DNA from: Felis catus
Taxonomy: Eukaryota
NCBI RefSeq assembly: GCF_018350175.1
Contig: NC_058373.1
Coordinates: 116,686,001 to 116,750,000, forward strand
Reading direction: 5' to 3'
Length of the DNA: 64,000 nt
This document shows positions 48,890 to 62,519 of this stretch, piece by piece. The notes below the pieces were generated by a model. The model was not told the origin of the DNA. It saw only the letters and a list, made by a program, of their open reading frames with translations, and did no database searches. A program made the translations under genes and the position numbers. Positions within the stretch are counted from its first letter, which is position 1; each line of letters begins with the position of its first letter.

Positions 48890-49845
48890 AAACAGTTACT
48901 GTATTTTCTTCCCGTATGCTTTACTCTGGGAAATTACTATGTAAAAAAACCAAATAGATGGCTGGTTTTGGGGGCTGGGAAGAGGAGGGAATGTAGCCGA
49001 CTTTTAAAAAGCTATTATAAAGAAAGATTCTTCATCTTACATCATTACTAAGTTATAAGAATCTATTTTCAACTTAGCATGCCTCTCTAATTCCACGGTA
49101 AGCTTTGCGTTAGAAACCCTAAAATATTCTGAAGGAATTTGTTCTTTCAGTGTTTCTATATTTTTCGCCTGCTCCCATCACCATGGAGCCGAATGCTTTG
49201 AGAGACATGTTAGGTTAAAAACAGTAATGACAGAAGAGGAAAAAATGTGTTTCTTCTGTTTCATTTTTCCTTCTTTTCAGTTCTTTACCTCTCAGTCAAC
49301 TGAGTGGGATCTTTAATTTGAACGTTTTAAAATTGGGCATCAAGGTAGGAAAGGCATGTTTTTCAGAGCATTTCCCCCCCTGGAAAATGCTCATGTCAGA
49401 ATTTGAGCAGACCTATGAATTGATACTCCAAGATCATGGGACACGTACCAGAACTGTGTAGGGAGAGAGCCTGTTTCCTTGGCCTGCTCCCATTTTACAG
49501 ATTTATGTGCATCAGAGGTCACATTGCATTGCTTATTAGGATTCTTCTACATCATCTAGAATTTTTTTTCGCTGCATAGAAAGCAAATATCAGAGTGTAT
49601 GTATGCTTGTTTTTAGTGTAGAACTGATTGATTGTTTGAATGAATGTAGTTTGCATCAACTTTCTTAACTGAGAACTTAGCATAGTATTGTGTATGAAGC
49701 ATTAAGTAACCAGAGATCACCTATTAATTGAAGAATTTGAATTTCTAATCTCCTTCATTAGTAGTGGAGATGTTGCAGACTGATGTTGCACATAGTATGC
49801 TTGAACTTGAATCAGTCGTTTCCTATGCACAGGAAACCAGAGATG

Positions 49846-49882
49846 GCTCACTCAGACTGTCCTTTGTATTTTTCAGGTGAGG
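49846..49882 (+). other. Candidate AG|GT recursive splice site, or donor of a 44-nt exon 49833-49876
   Basis: gctcac branch-like motif; ctttgtatttttcAG|GTGAGG. Confidence 0.3.
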
Positions 49883-50751
49883 TTTTTATTTGAAATTCAT
49901 ACCCTGGCGCAGTTATATACTTTGAGGTTGACCCATCTGAATGGAACATTCTGCTCATTACTTTCACATGTGCCAAGGATTAATATCAAATCAGAGGAAC
50001 CTCCCCCCCCCCCTCATATTTATGAACATAGTATCTTCTGTTAGTTCTAGGAACATGTACTGATGTTATTTCTGTTCAGCAAAGGTGGTTTGGAGAATTC
50101 TTCTGCTTAAAAACTGCATTTTTTTCTAAACAGTTTAATGTCTTTTAATATTAATTATTAATCCCAGGGTGGTTTCACTGTGCTGAAACCGTCCAACATT
50201 AGTTTCAGGAAGCTTAGATGCCTCATTTCTTTTTAAACAATATTACTGCTTCCTCTTGCATGAATGAAGACATGGTATTGAATTTAAGAGTGGATGACCT
50301 TAAATTATGGAATTTAAACATCAGAGACTTAAAAATAACTGCAAAGATTAAAAAACAGGAAGTTTAAAAACTTGTATCTGCTTTTGTGCTATGGGCTAGT
50401 GAGAAAAGACTGCCTTTTTCTGTTTCGTGAATTTAGCTTCTTATCAGTTAGCCCCAGGGTGAAATTTAAGGAGACATTTTTTGCATTCTTGAGTAAAACT
50501 CCCCCCACGTGACCTTCTGTATAAAGAGCTGGTGTGTGCTTTTCTTTGTTCATTTGTATATTGATCTGAACAAAGATAACAATTCACAAATTACAACATC
50601 CTCTGATTTTATTTTTATAAAAAAGTTTTTGGCAAGATTTTAAATGTTTTCTTTCTTGTTCCCCTTGCCCGCGGTACCCAGACTACCCTGCTTTTTACAT
50701 ATTAGGAGTTTAAACACACATGCAGAAAGTTCCTCCCTCCCTCTTACATTT

Positions 50752-51000
50752 TTTATTTTATTTATTATTATTATTATTTTTTTAATGTGTATTTATTTTG
50801 AGAGGAGGAAAGTGTGAATGGGGGAGGGGCAGAGAGAGAGAGAGAGAGAGAGAGTAGGGGAGAGAGAGGGACAGTCCCGTGTAGGTTCCATGATCAGCAC
50901 AGAGCCTGATGCGGGGTTCAATCTCACAACCATGACATCATGACCTGAGCCAAAATCAAGAGTCCAGCGCTTAACCAACTGAGCCACCCAGGTGTCCCCC
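50752..51000 (-). mobile_element. SINEC
   Basis: TSD tcttacattttt. Confidence 0.94.
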
Positions 51001-51842
51001 TCTTACATTTTTTAGTATTGCCACTCTTTCTGCATGTATATATACACATAGACACTCCCACCCACATACATGTATATTGACATATGTATGTGTATGTGTG
51101 TGTGTGTTTATTTTTCTATGTTAATTTTTTTCCTTTGGCTTTCAATTTAAGCAACAGATACTTCTCTAAGTACCTACTATGTGCCAAGTGCTGTGCTGGG
51201 AGTGTGATGAGTTGGTAGAGAGCCTATCTTCTTCGAGCCAGTGGAAACCTAGAGTACAGAGTAGCATGCAAAGGGAAGGATGACCATCGCTGTTAACCTT
51301 ACCAACCCTGACATACCGCGTGCTGTGGTATTCTCCCCATCCATGTATGTGCTGTTGTTATTAGGGTTTCTTCCTCTTTACAGGGTTGAGATCAGATTAT
51401 ACATGTAAGTTTTTAAATATAAACGTAACATTATACTGTGTTCTCTCTCACTTTGAAGGTAATTGTAATGAGTATATAATGTGTTGTGGACATTCCATAA
51501 TTTCAGGGCGTTTAGGTTGTTTATAGTTCTTTTGTTTATTTTCTTTTTTAAAATTATTGTATTTCATTTTCATCAAGCGAAGTGTCCTCTTTAGTTCCCA
51601 TCCCCTATTTTTCCTATCCCCCAACCACCTCTGTTCTGGTAACCAATTTGTTCTCTGTAGTTAAGAGTCTGTTTCTTGGTTTGTCTCTCTCTCTTTCTTT
51701 TTTCTTTGCTTGTTTTGTTTCTTAAATTCCATATGGTATTTGTTTATCTCTGACTGATTTCACTTAGCATTGTCCTCTCTAGCTCCATCCATGTCAGTGC
51801 AAATGGTAAGATTTCATTATTTTTTATATCTGAGTAATATTC

Positions 51843-51844
<2 letters not shown>

Positions 51845-51888
<44 letters not shown>

Positions 51889-51890
51889 GT
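51845..51890. repeat. (GT)n microsatellite inside the L1
   Basis: Seen directly. Confidence 0.95.
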
Positions 51891-52356
51891 ATACCATATC
51901 TTCTTTATCCATTCATCTATTGACAGACACCTGGGCTACTTCCATAATTTGACTATTGTAAATAATGTTGCAGTAAACATGGAGTGCATATATCCTTTTC
52001 AATTAGTGTTTTTGTGTTTTCTGGGTAAATACCTAGTAGTGTGATTACTGGATTATAAGGTAGGTCTATTTTTAATTTTTTGAGGAAGCTCCATACTGTT
52101 CTACACGGTGGCTGCACCAGTTTGCATTCCCACCAACACTGCAAGCGGGTTCCCTTTTCTCCACATCCTCTCTAACACTTGTTGTTTCTTTTGTTTCTTG
52201 TTAGCCATTCCGACAGGTGTGAGGTGTGGTATCTCATTGTAGTTTTGATTTGTATTTCCCTGATGATGAGTGATGTTTGGCTTCTTTTCATGTGTCTGTT
52301 GACCATCTGTATATCTTCTTTGGGGAAGTACGTTTTCATGTCTTCTGCCCATTTTT

Positions 52357-52562
52357 AAAAAATTTTTTAACATTTATTTATTTTTGAGAGACAAAGAATA
52401 TGAGTGGGGGGGGGCGGGGCAGAGAGAGGGGGAGACACAGAATCTGAAGTGGGCCCCAGGCTCTGAGTTGTCACCACCACGTGGGGCTCAAACTCACAAA
52501 CCATGAGATCATGACCTGAGTTGAAATCAGACGCTTAACTGACTGAGCCACCCAGGCGCCCC
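52357..52562 (-). mobile_element. SINEC inside the L1
   Basis: TSD tcttctgc(c/t)cattttt. Confidence 0.94.
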
Positions 52563-55060
52563 TCTTCTGCTCATTTTTAGATTGGATTGTTATTATTTGT
52601 TTTTGGCTGTTGCATTGTATCAGTTCTTTATAGATTTTGGATAGTAACCCTTAATCAGATAGGTCATCTGCAAATATCCTCTCCCATTCAGTAGTTTGCC
52701 TTTTAGTTTTGTTAATTGTTTCCTTTGCTGTACAGAAACTTTTTATTTTGATGTAGTCCCTATAGTTTATTTTTGCTTTTATTTCCTTTGCCTCAGGAGA
52801 CATATCTAGAAAAATGTTGCTACACTCCATGTCAGATTACCGTCTGTCCTTTCTTCAAGGATGTTTATGGTTTCAGGAACCACAGTTAGGTCTTTAATCC
52901 ATTTGAGTTTATTTTTGTGTATGGTGAAAGAAAGTGGTCCAGTTTGATTCTTTTGCATGTAGCGATCCAGTTTTCCCAAAGTTATTTATTGAAGAAACTT
53001 TTTCCCATTGCATTTTCGTTTCCCCTTTGTCAAAGATTAATTGAACATATAATTGTGGGTTTGTTTGTGGGTTTTCCGTTGTGTTCTATTGATGTGTCTA
53101 TTTTTATACCAGTACCATACTGTTTTAAATACTATTGCTTTGTAATGTAACTTGAAATCTGGAATCGTAATACCTCCAGTTTTGTTTTTCTTTTTCAAGA
53201 TTGCTTTGGCTATTTGAAGGCTTTTGTGGTTCCATATAGTGCTTTCCTATTATAAATAATGCTGTCATGAACATCTTTTGCGTAAGATTGTGTCTTTTGG
53301 ATTATTTCATTAAGAAATTTTCAGGAATAAAATAGCTGGGTAAAAGTATGTAAACATTTTGTAAAGGCTCTTGGTACATATTTCTGTAAGTTTTTTTTTT
53401 CTTTAAACTAGTTTTCACTCTACTCCCAGTAGCCAGTGAGCACATTTTATAAAAAATAAATTAAAAAAACCAAGGACAACCTGTCCCCCCCCCAAAAGAC
53501 CTCTTTTCATTTGTATTTATTTACTGAAGAGAAACATTTTTGAAATGTTTAACCAATTATTTATTATTTCCTTCTTCGTGAATTGCCTATTAGCACTTCT
53601 TTTCCCAGTTTTCTTTTGGAGTCTTAGTATCTGATCTTGATTTACAGTGACTCTTAATATATATTCAGTATATAAACCTCTGTTGTATCTGTTTCCTTAC
53701 TAGTTTTCGGTTTGCCTTTTAGTACACAGATGTCTCAAAGGTTTATGTAACCAATACTGTCTGCCTTTCTTTTCTGATTTCTTTCTTTACTTTTATACAT
53801 AGAATATCTTTCTCCATTATATATCATTTATTTCCCCTGACATTTTGTATTTTTAGTTAAATTCTTTGTACTCCTTAATTTCATAAGAAAGAACGTCTGC
53901 TCTTTGAACCAGGACAGTGTTGCCAGTGATAGTGACTGCAGGTTATGTTTTTGTGTTTCTCTGCATGGAGGGCCCACTTAAGCTATTTGTTACCTTCTGA
54001 CTTTGCTCTGGTTTTCAATACTGGAGTGCCTGTTCAATTCCTATCATTCCCATTCTATTAAACTTGAGCCTTTATGGAGGTACTTTGTTGAATACAAAGA
54101 ATGAAAAAATAAAATTCAACTAAAGTCATGACTGACTCTTAATTGAGTTCATACTTGTTTTAAGGGGCCCAGCCATGAAAGTTGGCTCTTGTCAGGTGTA
54201 ACTGATATAAAGAAACCTACCTCACTTTTCCATGATGGGAATACTGTAACATTAGGCTTGAGTTGACTGCCAGAGAGAATGTAAAATATTATTTCTGGCT
54301 TATTTTATGATGAAAACTACTGATTTTCTAATTTGTACAAGTTCAGTTTTTAAAAATATGTAACTCATTTGAAATGAAAATACTTCCAATTGGCTGGAAA
54401 ATGAATACTGCTAAACTATATTGTAAGTAATTATTAAAAGTATTGGTTTTTGATATATTAATGTTGCCTTTCATAATTTTTAAGCCAAAAACCCGTTTTT
54501 AGAATTAATATTTTTGGTGCCATTCCAGATGCAATAGGTCAAAAAAATATTTTATTGAATTCAAAGCCTAAGTATTATATGTGCTCTTATGTCATGTTTT
54601 ACTTATTTATTGTATTTCCCACTAAATGTAAACATTTTTAGGGCAGTAACTAAAGCACACAGAACAATGCCTCAAATATTTGTTGGATAATAGATATTTG
54701 CAAGTGGATATCAGGGAATAGCCTGAAAAAATAGAGGGAAAGACAGTAGTTTTGCTTGAGTGCCCAGAATGCATCAGCCATTGTATTAGATACTCATTGT
54801 TTTTATGACTATATATAGAGCCTTTTCTAACGATGAACCTGATTTTTACATTTTCTGGATACATTATGAGCAGTCCATTGTTAGGAGACAATAGGAAACT
54901 GGCCACGTGCAGAGTGCCAACCAGTTTGAAGATAGACTTCTGTTCTGAGAGAAGGTGTGTCAGGAGCCTCGATGAACCACTTCCTGTGCTTCCATTTAAC
55001 CAACTGTAATCAGAAGTGGCATGGAAGGCTGGTGAAAGCTTTTGGGTGCTGTGGAATTGG

Positions 55061-55087
55061 CACACACACACACACACACACACACAC
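55061..55087. repeat. (CA)n microsatellite
   Basis: Seen directly. Confidence 0.95.
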
Positions 55088-56065
55088 GCATAGGTGATTT
55101 GCTCAGGAAGGTTTGGTTTATGAATCTGAAAAATCTGTCACCTATTTAATTTTCTGAAACATTTTAAATGTATACAAACCTAGCAGCAGATGCCAACATT
55201 TTTATTTTCTGTTCAAACTTGACTTCACTTTTTGTAGAGAAAAGCATAGCATGATAAAAAAGTATTACAACTTTTTCTTAGTATGTACTGTTTGTGGATT
55301 TTTTTTCCCTCAGTGGCATTGGACACCCTCAAGAATTGGGTCAGGGTTGTGTCAGAACATTATGAAAGATCATGGTGTCAAACATTTAGGACAGTAAAAT
55401 CTTATAGAGGTAGCCTTGTGAAACACTGTAACCTTTTTATTGATCTGACAGATTAATGTACAGTAATTAAGGGAATACGTTTTTTTTTAAATCAAAGGAT
55501 TTGGACCAGATTAGGTCTAGTTCCTGATGCATCACTAGACTACTTTGAACCTGATTCACCTTTATAAACAATACAAAGTTTTCTGCATTTTTTCCTACCA
55601 CATGTAAAATTTAATTTTTGAGATTTCCAAAAGCACGTTTTCTGACTTTGGAAAAATAAGAAGCCAGCTCCCATTTAAAGTTGGAAAGAATTATGTAAGT
55701 TTATTTTTTGTGTGAAGAGTCTTATCACTTTCTTGAGCAAGATTTGACGTGGAGTACTTTTCTTGATCAATCATTAAAATATAGGCTGAGAGAAGGAGAC
55801 TTCTTTATTAACACCCCAAATTTATACTTCATGTGTAAGATGTTTTATATACTTTCTAGTGGACTCTAATTACTGTAGGAGCTAAATTTAGAGAAATATC
55901 TTAAAGATCCTATTGTAATCTACCATTTCTTTGTTCATTTATTTCTTCATTTCTTTACCTGCAACCTCTTGTTTAAATATCTGATCAAAATAGCATCTAC
56001 TTTTGTTAAAAATCAAATGGCAAATGTTTGTGAATAAAAATCACCTTTGTGCAGATTTATTTCTT

Positions 56066-56563
56066 GTATCGGTTAGGAATGTGATCTGCTTCAAGCATTA
56101 AAAAATCACTCTTAGTTGTTCAAACAGAGGGAAGTTTATTTTCTGAATAAAGTCATCACTTCTAGGTCTGGCACACATGCTCAGGGATGCCACCAAGGAC
56201 CCTGGAGATGAGTGTCTTTCCTCAGGCTGGCCTTTGTTAATGTAAGATGCCCATTGGTCTTCCTGGCTTCCTGTACTCCCAGGAGGAAGAAAGTGGTAGG
56301 CGAAGCTGTTACTAGGCTGCACACATCTGCTTACTTCTCACTGGTCAGAACTGGACTAGGTAGTTACCCCAGGGTAACTACCTGGGGTCAGGGGGCCCCC
56401 AGGGTCCATGACTGATTGAGGGAATTCCTAATTTCTCCCCTGGGGCTAAGGCGGAGCCGCCTGCTGAGGCGCTCCAAGGCTGCCTGAAACAAATTGAGAG
56501 TTTGTTGTCTGGAAGAATTGGGAGGGATAAACTTGAGGTCTGCCGTGGATAGTGTCTGCCGTA
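56066..56563 (-). mobile_element. MLT1 (MaLR) LTR, MLT1J/K/L-like
   Basis: tgtatcggttaggaatg start; catctgcttacttctcactggtcagaactgg; ends gatagtgtctgccgta. Confidence 0.7.
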
Positions 56564-56899
56564 CCCCTTGGAGTAAGTACGGTGTGTACCAGATGAGTTT
56601 AGAAACCCTGTGCATTTTCAGTTCCCTCCACCCCTTGGTTTCCTGGAATAAATTATAGATATTTTTTCAAAATTTCATTTCAGATAATTCTTACCATAGC
56701 TTGTCATTTTCGTGGGTGACTCAGATATTAGGACTGCAAATGATGTGTTTTAGAGTCTTCCTTAATATTATGATGGGACTTTAGTGTAATACTCTAAAAT
56801 TGAATATTGAAATCTGTGTGAAGAATTTGTACTTTTTAAAAGGAGTTCTTTTTAGTAGTTATCTAGAGGATTAGTTCTGTTTTATTTGTGATTAAAACC

Positions 56900-58950
56900 T
56901 GAAGATGATTCATAGACAATAGTCACCAAATATATACAAATTCGCATTCTACCTTTTAAGTTCAATGTTATATTATAAAATGTTTCCTGTGTAGTATTAT
57001 GCCATTTTAAAAATCCTTTGGTGTCTTAATTTATATAACCATTTTGCAGTTCTACATTTAGTTTACTTTCATTTTGTGCTATTAGTAATGCTTTCATTTA
57101 CATCTTTCTTTGTATAGATTGATTTTTAGTGTTATAATATTTTCTTTAAAATTCCCACATTTTAATGGCTTTTGAAGCATTTAGCTAGTTGCCCCCTAAA
57201 AGCACTGTACTGAAGAATTAGTTTGATTTTTTTTTTTTTTTTTTTTTTTTTTTGGTATGGCAGTAAAGTGAAACATTTTCTTTCGTATTTTCTTTTCTTG
57301 TGAATAGGCTCTTCCTGGTCTTTTTCAATTTGGTGCTTTTCTAAATGACAAAGTATATTTTTTACATTGTAAAATTATACCTTCTCATTTTGGAATATTT
57401 GTCAGCCACATGTTGTCATCTCACAAACAACTATTAGTATTTTCTGAACGATTTGTGTAAACTCTTTATGTAGGTGATTATATATTATATATTTATTTGA
57501 GTCTATGTGCCTGATAATAGTAGATGCTGGGAATGCTATGATCCATCTAACACCTATCATCTCCATGACATAAAAAAATAATGGTACTTTGCCCATTTTT
57601 TCCCCTAATATTTGTGTCATTTCATTTTAGATCATAGTGAATTATGCAACTTCCAATAATAATTTATAGGGTTTTTGTTGTCTAAAATTAGTACCTCTAC
57701 CAAAAATAGAAGCCATTCCTTTAGAATTCTTGTATAGAATTTTATTAAATTCCTACTTTGTGTCCACTAAGTGGTCTTATACTTTTGTTCTTGTTTTAAT
57801 TATTTACGTGGAATACCAATGATATTGCCTAAAATTGCATTTGTGTATGTTGATAATGTATGTAAAATTTTCATTACAGTGCTTGGCAAGTTGTAATTTC
57901 TCAATAAATAAAACACAAGAGTTTAGTTTTCTCTAGTATCTTGAGAGTTGAAATTGGAACCCTATTTAGCTTAGAATTTAATAGATAACCTGCCAGCTTT
58001 TATTTTATTTTATGGTTTGCATTTTGCATGTATTTTTTCCTATGCATATGGAACATATAATGCATGATATCTTCATTTAATCAAGAAATTAAAAATTTCT
58101 TCAATTTGGAAAGAGTTAACAACTATTTGAGTATCTCATTTGGAAAGTATTTTATTGATAATTTTTTTGTTTCTTTTTTAGTTTTTTTGGTCTTTTTCTG
58201 GTATTCTAAGTCCTTATGCTATGTTTTTAATCGGAAATCATCTGTGTTCTTGCTTATTCATTTTCAGATGTTTAAAAATATTCAGTGGTGGGGCACCTGG
58301 GTGGCTCAGTCGGTTGAGTGTCTGACTTAGGCTCCGGTCATGATCTCACTGTTCGTGAGTTTGAGGCCTGCATCGGGCTCTGGGCTGACAGCTCAGAGCC
58401 TGGAGCCTGCTTCAGATTCTGTCTCCCTCTCTCTTTGCCCTTCCCCCACTTGTGCTCTGTCTTTCTCTGCCTCTCAAAAATAAACGTAATTTAAAAAAAA
58501 AAATTTTGTTTTTAAATAAAAATATTCAGTGGTTTATATATTCTAATTTCCAATTTGCTTCTCTTTTATTTCCACTAATGCGATTTTTATATGTATTTTA
58601 TATTACATTTATTATAGCTTATTAAGTTTTACTTTTTTCCTTTATTTACATTTTCCTGTATTTTTCTGAAGGTTATGAGTTGAATTCTCAGTTTATCCTT
58701 CACATTGAAAGTTACAGATTTATCTTACTCTATGATTTTGGCTTAATGTATCTAATAGGCTGGAAATTTCACTTTTCAATTTTCAGGAATTTCTAACAAT
58801 ATCTTCTCATGTTTCAGTTTGCTTCTATAGTTATTATTTTGTTTTTATTGGACACGCCTAAAAATTAAGCTTTGACTAGACTAAGTTTTAAAAGAAATAA
58901 TCCTATTTTAGAGTTTTTAAGTGCTTACTCTTGGGTCTGTTTTTATATAG
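56900..58950 (-). mobile_element. Highly decayed old L1-like AT-rich sequence
   Basis: T-rich with scattered antisense L1-like motifs; boundaries uncertain. Confidence 0.35.
58290..58517 (+). mobile_element. SINEC
   Basis: TSD aaaaatattcagtggt. Confidence 0.95.
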
Positions 58951-59334
58951 ATGCCACAGACAGTGAGTGAACTAACTAGAAAGGCGATCCTCTTTTTAGG
59001 GCATAGCGGTCAGGATGACTTTATTTGTGTCATGAATTTTGTCCTTCATTGTCTCTTGTCCTTACTTTGTGTCCTCAGTGTGTGTGACACTGACTGCCTT
59101 GCTCCGTTTCTTCCTGCTCTTGGCGGAATCGTCCATGCCTCCCTCTGTGTCTTCCCTGACCTTGTTTCGAAATGAAATTCTCGGTGCTCATTCTCCCCTC
59201 TCCTGCTTTATTCCTCTTTAAAGTATAATAAATTTAAGATATTATTTATTTCATTATATATTTATTATTATATATATTGATTATATATTGATTATTTATT
59301 GTATATAATCTTTAAAAATATTATTATTATTTTT

Positions 59335-59480
59335 TTGTCTGTCTCTCTCCCTAGACTATAACTCCAAGGAAGGCAAAGAATTTTGTTACTTTCATTCAGT
59401 GCTGTAGCCTCCGTGCCAAGAATGATACCTTGTATAGAGTAGGCACACACAGTAAATATTTGTCTGATTAATAAATGAGT
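59335..59480 (+). mobile_element. L2 3' terminus
   Basis: ctagactataactccaaggaaggcaaaga...tagagtaggcacacacagtaaatatttgtctgattaataaatgagt. Confidence 0.75.
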
Positions 59481-59568
59481 GTTATTATTTTCCCTTTGAT
59501 TTCTCTTTTTATGTTTCAGTTTTTTCCTTGATTTCCTTTGTTAATGCTTGACATAAAAATGTCATATT

Positions 59569-59807
59569 TAAAAAAATTTTCTAAATGTTTATTTTTGAGA
59601 GAGAGAGGGAGAGAGAGAGAGAGAGAGAGAGAGGAGAGCACGAGTGGAGGAGGGGCAGAGAGAGAGAGGGAGACACAGAATCTGAAGCAGGCTGCAGGCT
59701 CTGAGCTGTCAGGCCAGAGTCCGACGTGGGGCTTGAACTCACAAACTGCAAGATCGTGATTTGAGCCAAAGTCAGACGCTTAACCTACTGAGCCATTCAG
59801 GCACCCC
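59569..59807 (-). mobile_element. SINEC
   Basis: TSD aaaatgtcatattt. Confidence 0.95.
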
Positions 59808-60634
59808 AAAATGTCATATTTTATTACAGATGTTTCTGTTACCATAGCACCAGCTGGATGGTTTTATTTTAAACTTAATATCCAGTAATTTTGCCTCATT
59901 TGTTTTTTTTTTCTTTTAATCCAGTTTTGTTAAATATCTCCTTTAAAATTTTCCCTGTCTTCTTTTGGTTTATACATTTTGAATGCAACAGGTCGGGAGT
60001 TTTTGTTTATTACACATTCGGATTCTACCTATAAATTGAAGTAATTTGCTTCCATTTTCATATTTATATTACTAATTTTTTTAAAATCTGAGAACCTATA
60101 TGATGATTTTAAAAGCTTGGATCTCTTGAGAATTCTAATCAAGTCCTTTTCACATAGGGACCATTATCTCTGGACTAAATCATTTCTCATGACCTACTTA
60201 TATTCTATCCATGTTCTTAATCCCATTGTAATTACTGAGTATACCTCGCAATGCAGTGTGTTCTGATTGATTCCTCACTGCTACAGCACATGTTCCCTTT
60301 TTACTGAACTACTGTCTCCAAGCTTTGCATCCCAGCTCCCTCCTATTTTGTCTTCAACAGTCAGCCCAACTCTTTTCTTAGTGAAGCCTTCCCTCAGCAA
60401 ATCTGAAGTACTTCTCCTGGGTCTTTTCACTGCACTCTGTGTATATTTCTAGCCATTTTCATCTTCTAATGCAATGTCCTCCACAGTCCCTGATACACAA
60501 TAAGTGCTGAATAAATATTGCTATCTATATTTTTTATATTATTATTTGTTTATTATTTATACCATGCCCTGTTCCCAAACAGGATGTAAGGGAAACAGAT
60601 GGCTGGGCTATCTATACTTTTCTTCTTCCTCCTT

Positions 60635-60847
60635 AAAAAAAATTTTTTTTAATGTTTATTTATTTTTGAGAGAGACAGAGAGGGAGAGAAAGAGGGCAGA
60701 AGCAGGGGAGGGGCAGAGAGAGGGAGAGAGAGAATCCCACGCAGGCTCCATGATGTCAGCACAGAGCCTGACGGGGGGCTCACTACCCATGCGATCATGA
60801 CCTGAACTGAAGTCCAGTGCTCAACTGACTGAGCCACCCAGGGCCCC
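60635..60847 (-). mobile_element. SINEC
   Basis: TSD tcttcttcctccttaa. Confidence 0.94.
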
Positions 60848-61074
60848 TCTTCTTCCTCCTTAATACTGTTTTGTTTTATAACTTATAAGGTAGTTCCACT
60901 TTGGGGTTCTCTCTTCTCTAGACCCACTTTTCTTTGGTTTCATGTGAATAAATGATATAATTGTTGTAAGTTTTTCTTTTGTTTTTTTGTTTTTTTAATA
61001 CATGGAGGCCTGGTTTGTTTCAGCTCCACTTAGAAATATGAGCGATATTTCTTCCCCTTCCTTGTTCTCATCAG

Positions 61075-61213
61075 TTCTTATTTATTTATTTACTTATTTG
61101 TTTGTTTGTTTATTTGTTTGTTTGAATTTCTACACCTAGCTTGGGGCTGGAACTCACAACCCTAAGATCAAAAGTTGCATACTCTATCTGCTGAGTAGCC
61201 AGCCAAGTGCCCC
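61075..61213 (-). mobile_element. Short SINEC head with a (TTTG/TTTA)n tail
   Basis: ggggctggaactcacaaccctaagatcaaaagttgcat...gccagccaagtgcccc. Confidence 0.8.
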
Positions 61214-62519
61214 ACAGCTTTTTATCACTCTTTTTCCATACCTCACTTCCTGACTAAAGTATCTTTCTGTCATTTCCTTTCATCCTCTGAATCATGCCCT
61301 CCCATTTCTCTCTGTAGAGAAAGTACTGGGATTTAACAGTATCAAATTGGCAAAAATTAAAAGCCGTTGGAGGTAATGTAGAGAAGTGTGCCCTCTCTTG
61401 AAGAACATTAATTCTTTCCTACTTGTTCATATTATATTTTCTCTTTTTGGAGTTGCTGTTTAGAAATTATCATGTTTATTCGAGTGTATTTTATTTTCAT
61501 ATATACCGTTATGTCTTTCATTCACTTTCTTTCTCTTGACAATTTTCCCTTCATGTTGTTGTTCAATTTTTGTTTTACTTGCACCACACAACTTTTTCAG
61601 TTGGGTCAGGGTTATTCTTTTGTCTGTTTTCTAATTAAGTCACTAGGTCTCGGAGGCCTAGTCTTAAAGGAGACTTCTTAAAATTCATTTCCTGTGTGTG
61701 CTCTAAATTACAAAGCTCCTGAATTTGGTTTTGGGAAGGAGGTGGGTTGGCCTCCCTAGTGGTTTCATTGAAGAGTAGATCTTTCTTTGATTTTATAATC
61801 AAGTCCAAATGAATGGCATTTCAAAAATGCTTTCGAAAGTATAATCTGTCTCTTTTCCCTACCAAAATCATACAAAAGGTAATGTAAGAACACAACCTAA
61901 AGTGTACTTCTTGCCATTTGCTTTAGTGACTGTGGTGGGCTCTGTGGAGTAGTATCACGTGTGTTAGCTGACAGATCCTTTATCATTGCACAAAACCCAC
62001 ATATGGTCAAGATTTATTTTTCCTTTAAATATTCTAGCATATTTTCATGACTTTCTTACTGATCTGTCATTAGTTCTAATAAAAATTATGAAGCATGTGT
62101 TATTTCCTTGTATATTATTTCCAAAGTAATTACGGGTTTTTTTGTTCTGTTTTATTTTGTTTTGGGGGGGGGAGCTACTTTATAGCAAATATTTATAAAG
62201 AAGAAAATTCTTCCTTCTGAAAAATCAACTATTCAACTATATCAGCTGTTTCATTTCCCTTCTATTTTTGAAGTCCTTGTGTATCTGCATGTGTAAGTAT
62301 ATATTTACAAAGTAGAATATAGCATATCTGGTTTTTGACTCAACATCGTATCCTAAATTTTAGGCATGTTAATCGTCCCGCAGTCTGTTCAGCGTCACTG
62401 TCTCAAAGTCATATCTTCTGCCTTCCACCTGAGAGTCTGGTGCAGTCCTTGTGACTGTAGGAGAGATTTTGCCACAGGGGTCCTTCTTAATTAATTCATT
62501 GGGTTACTTCTGAAACCAG

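Larger units (their letters stand above)
51550..53235 (-). mobile_element. Carnivore L1, 5'-truncated (ORF2 C-terminal part plus 3' UTR)
   Basis: Minus-strand [33 protein letters not shown]; further ORF2 motifs up to ccaaagcaatcttgaaaaag. Confidence 0.93.

Noticed and set aside
49366..50190. Small hairpins gagcatttcc..ggaaaatgctc and ggtttca..tgaaacc
   Set aside because: Stems too short for a pre-miRNA or structured ncRNA call; no supporting motifs
54622..55083. 153-aa minus-strand ORF
   Set aside because: Starts in a (TG)n microsatellite at a non-ATG codon; no recognisable homology
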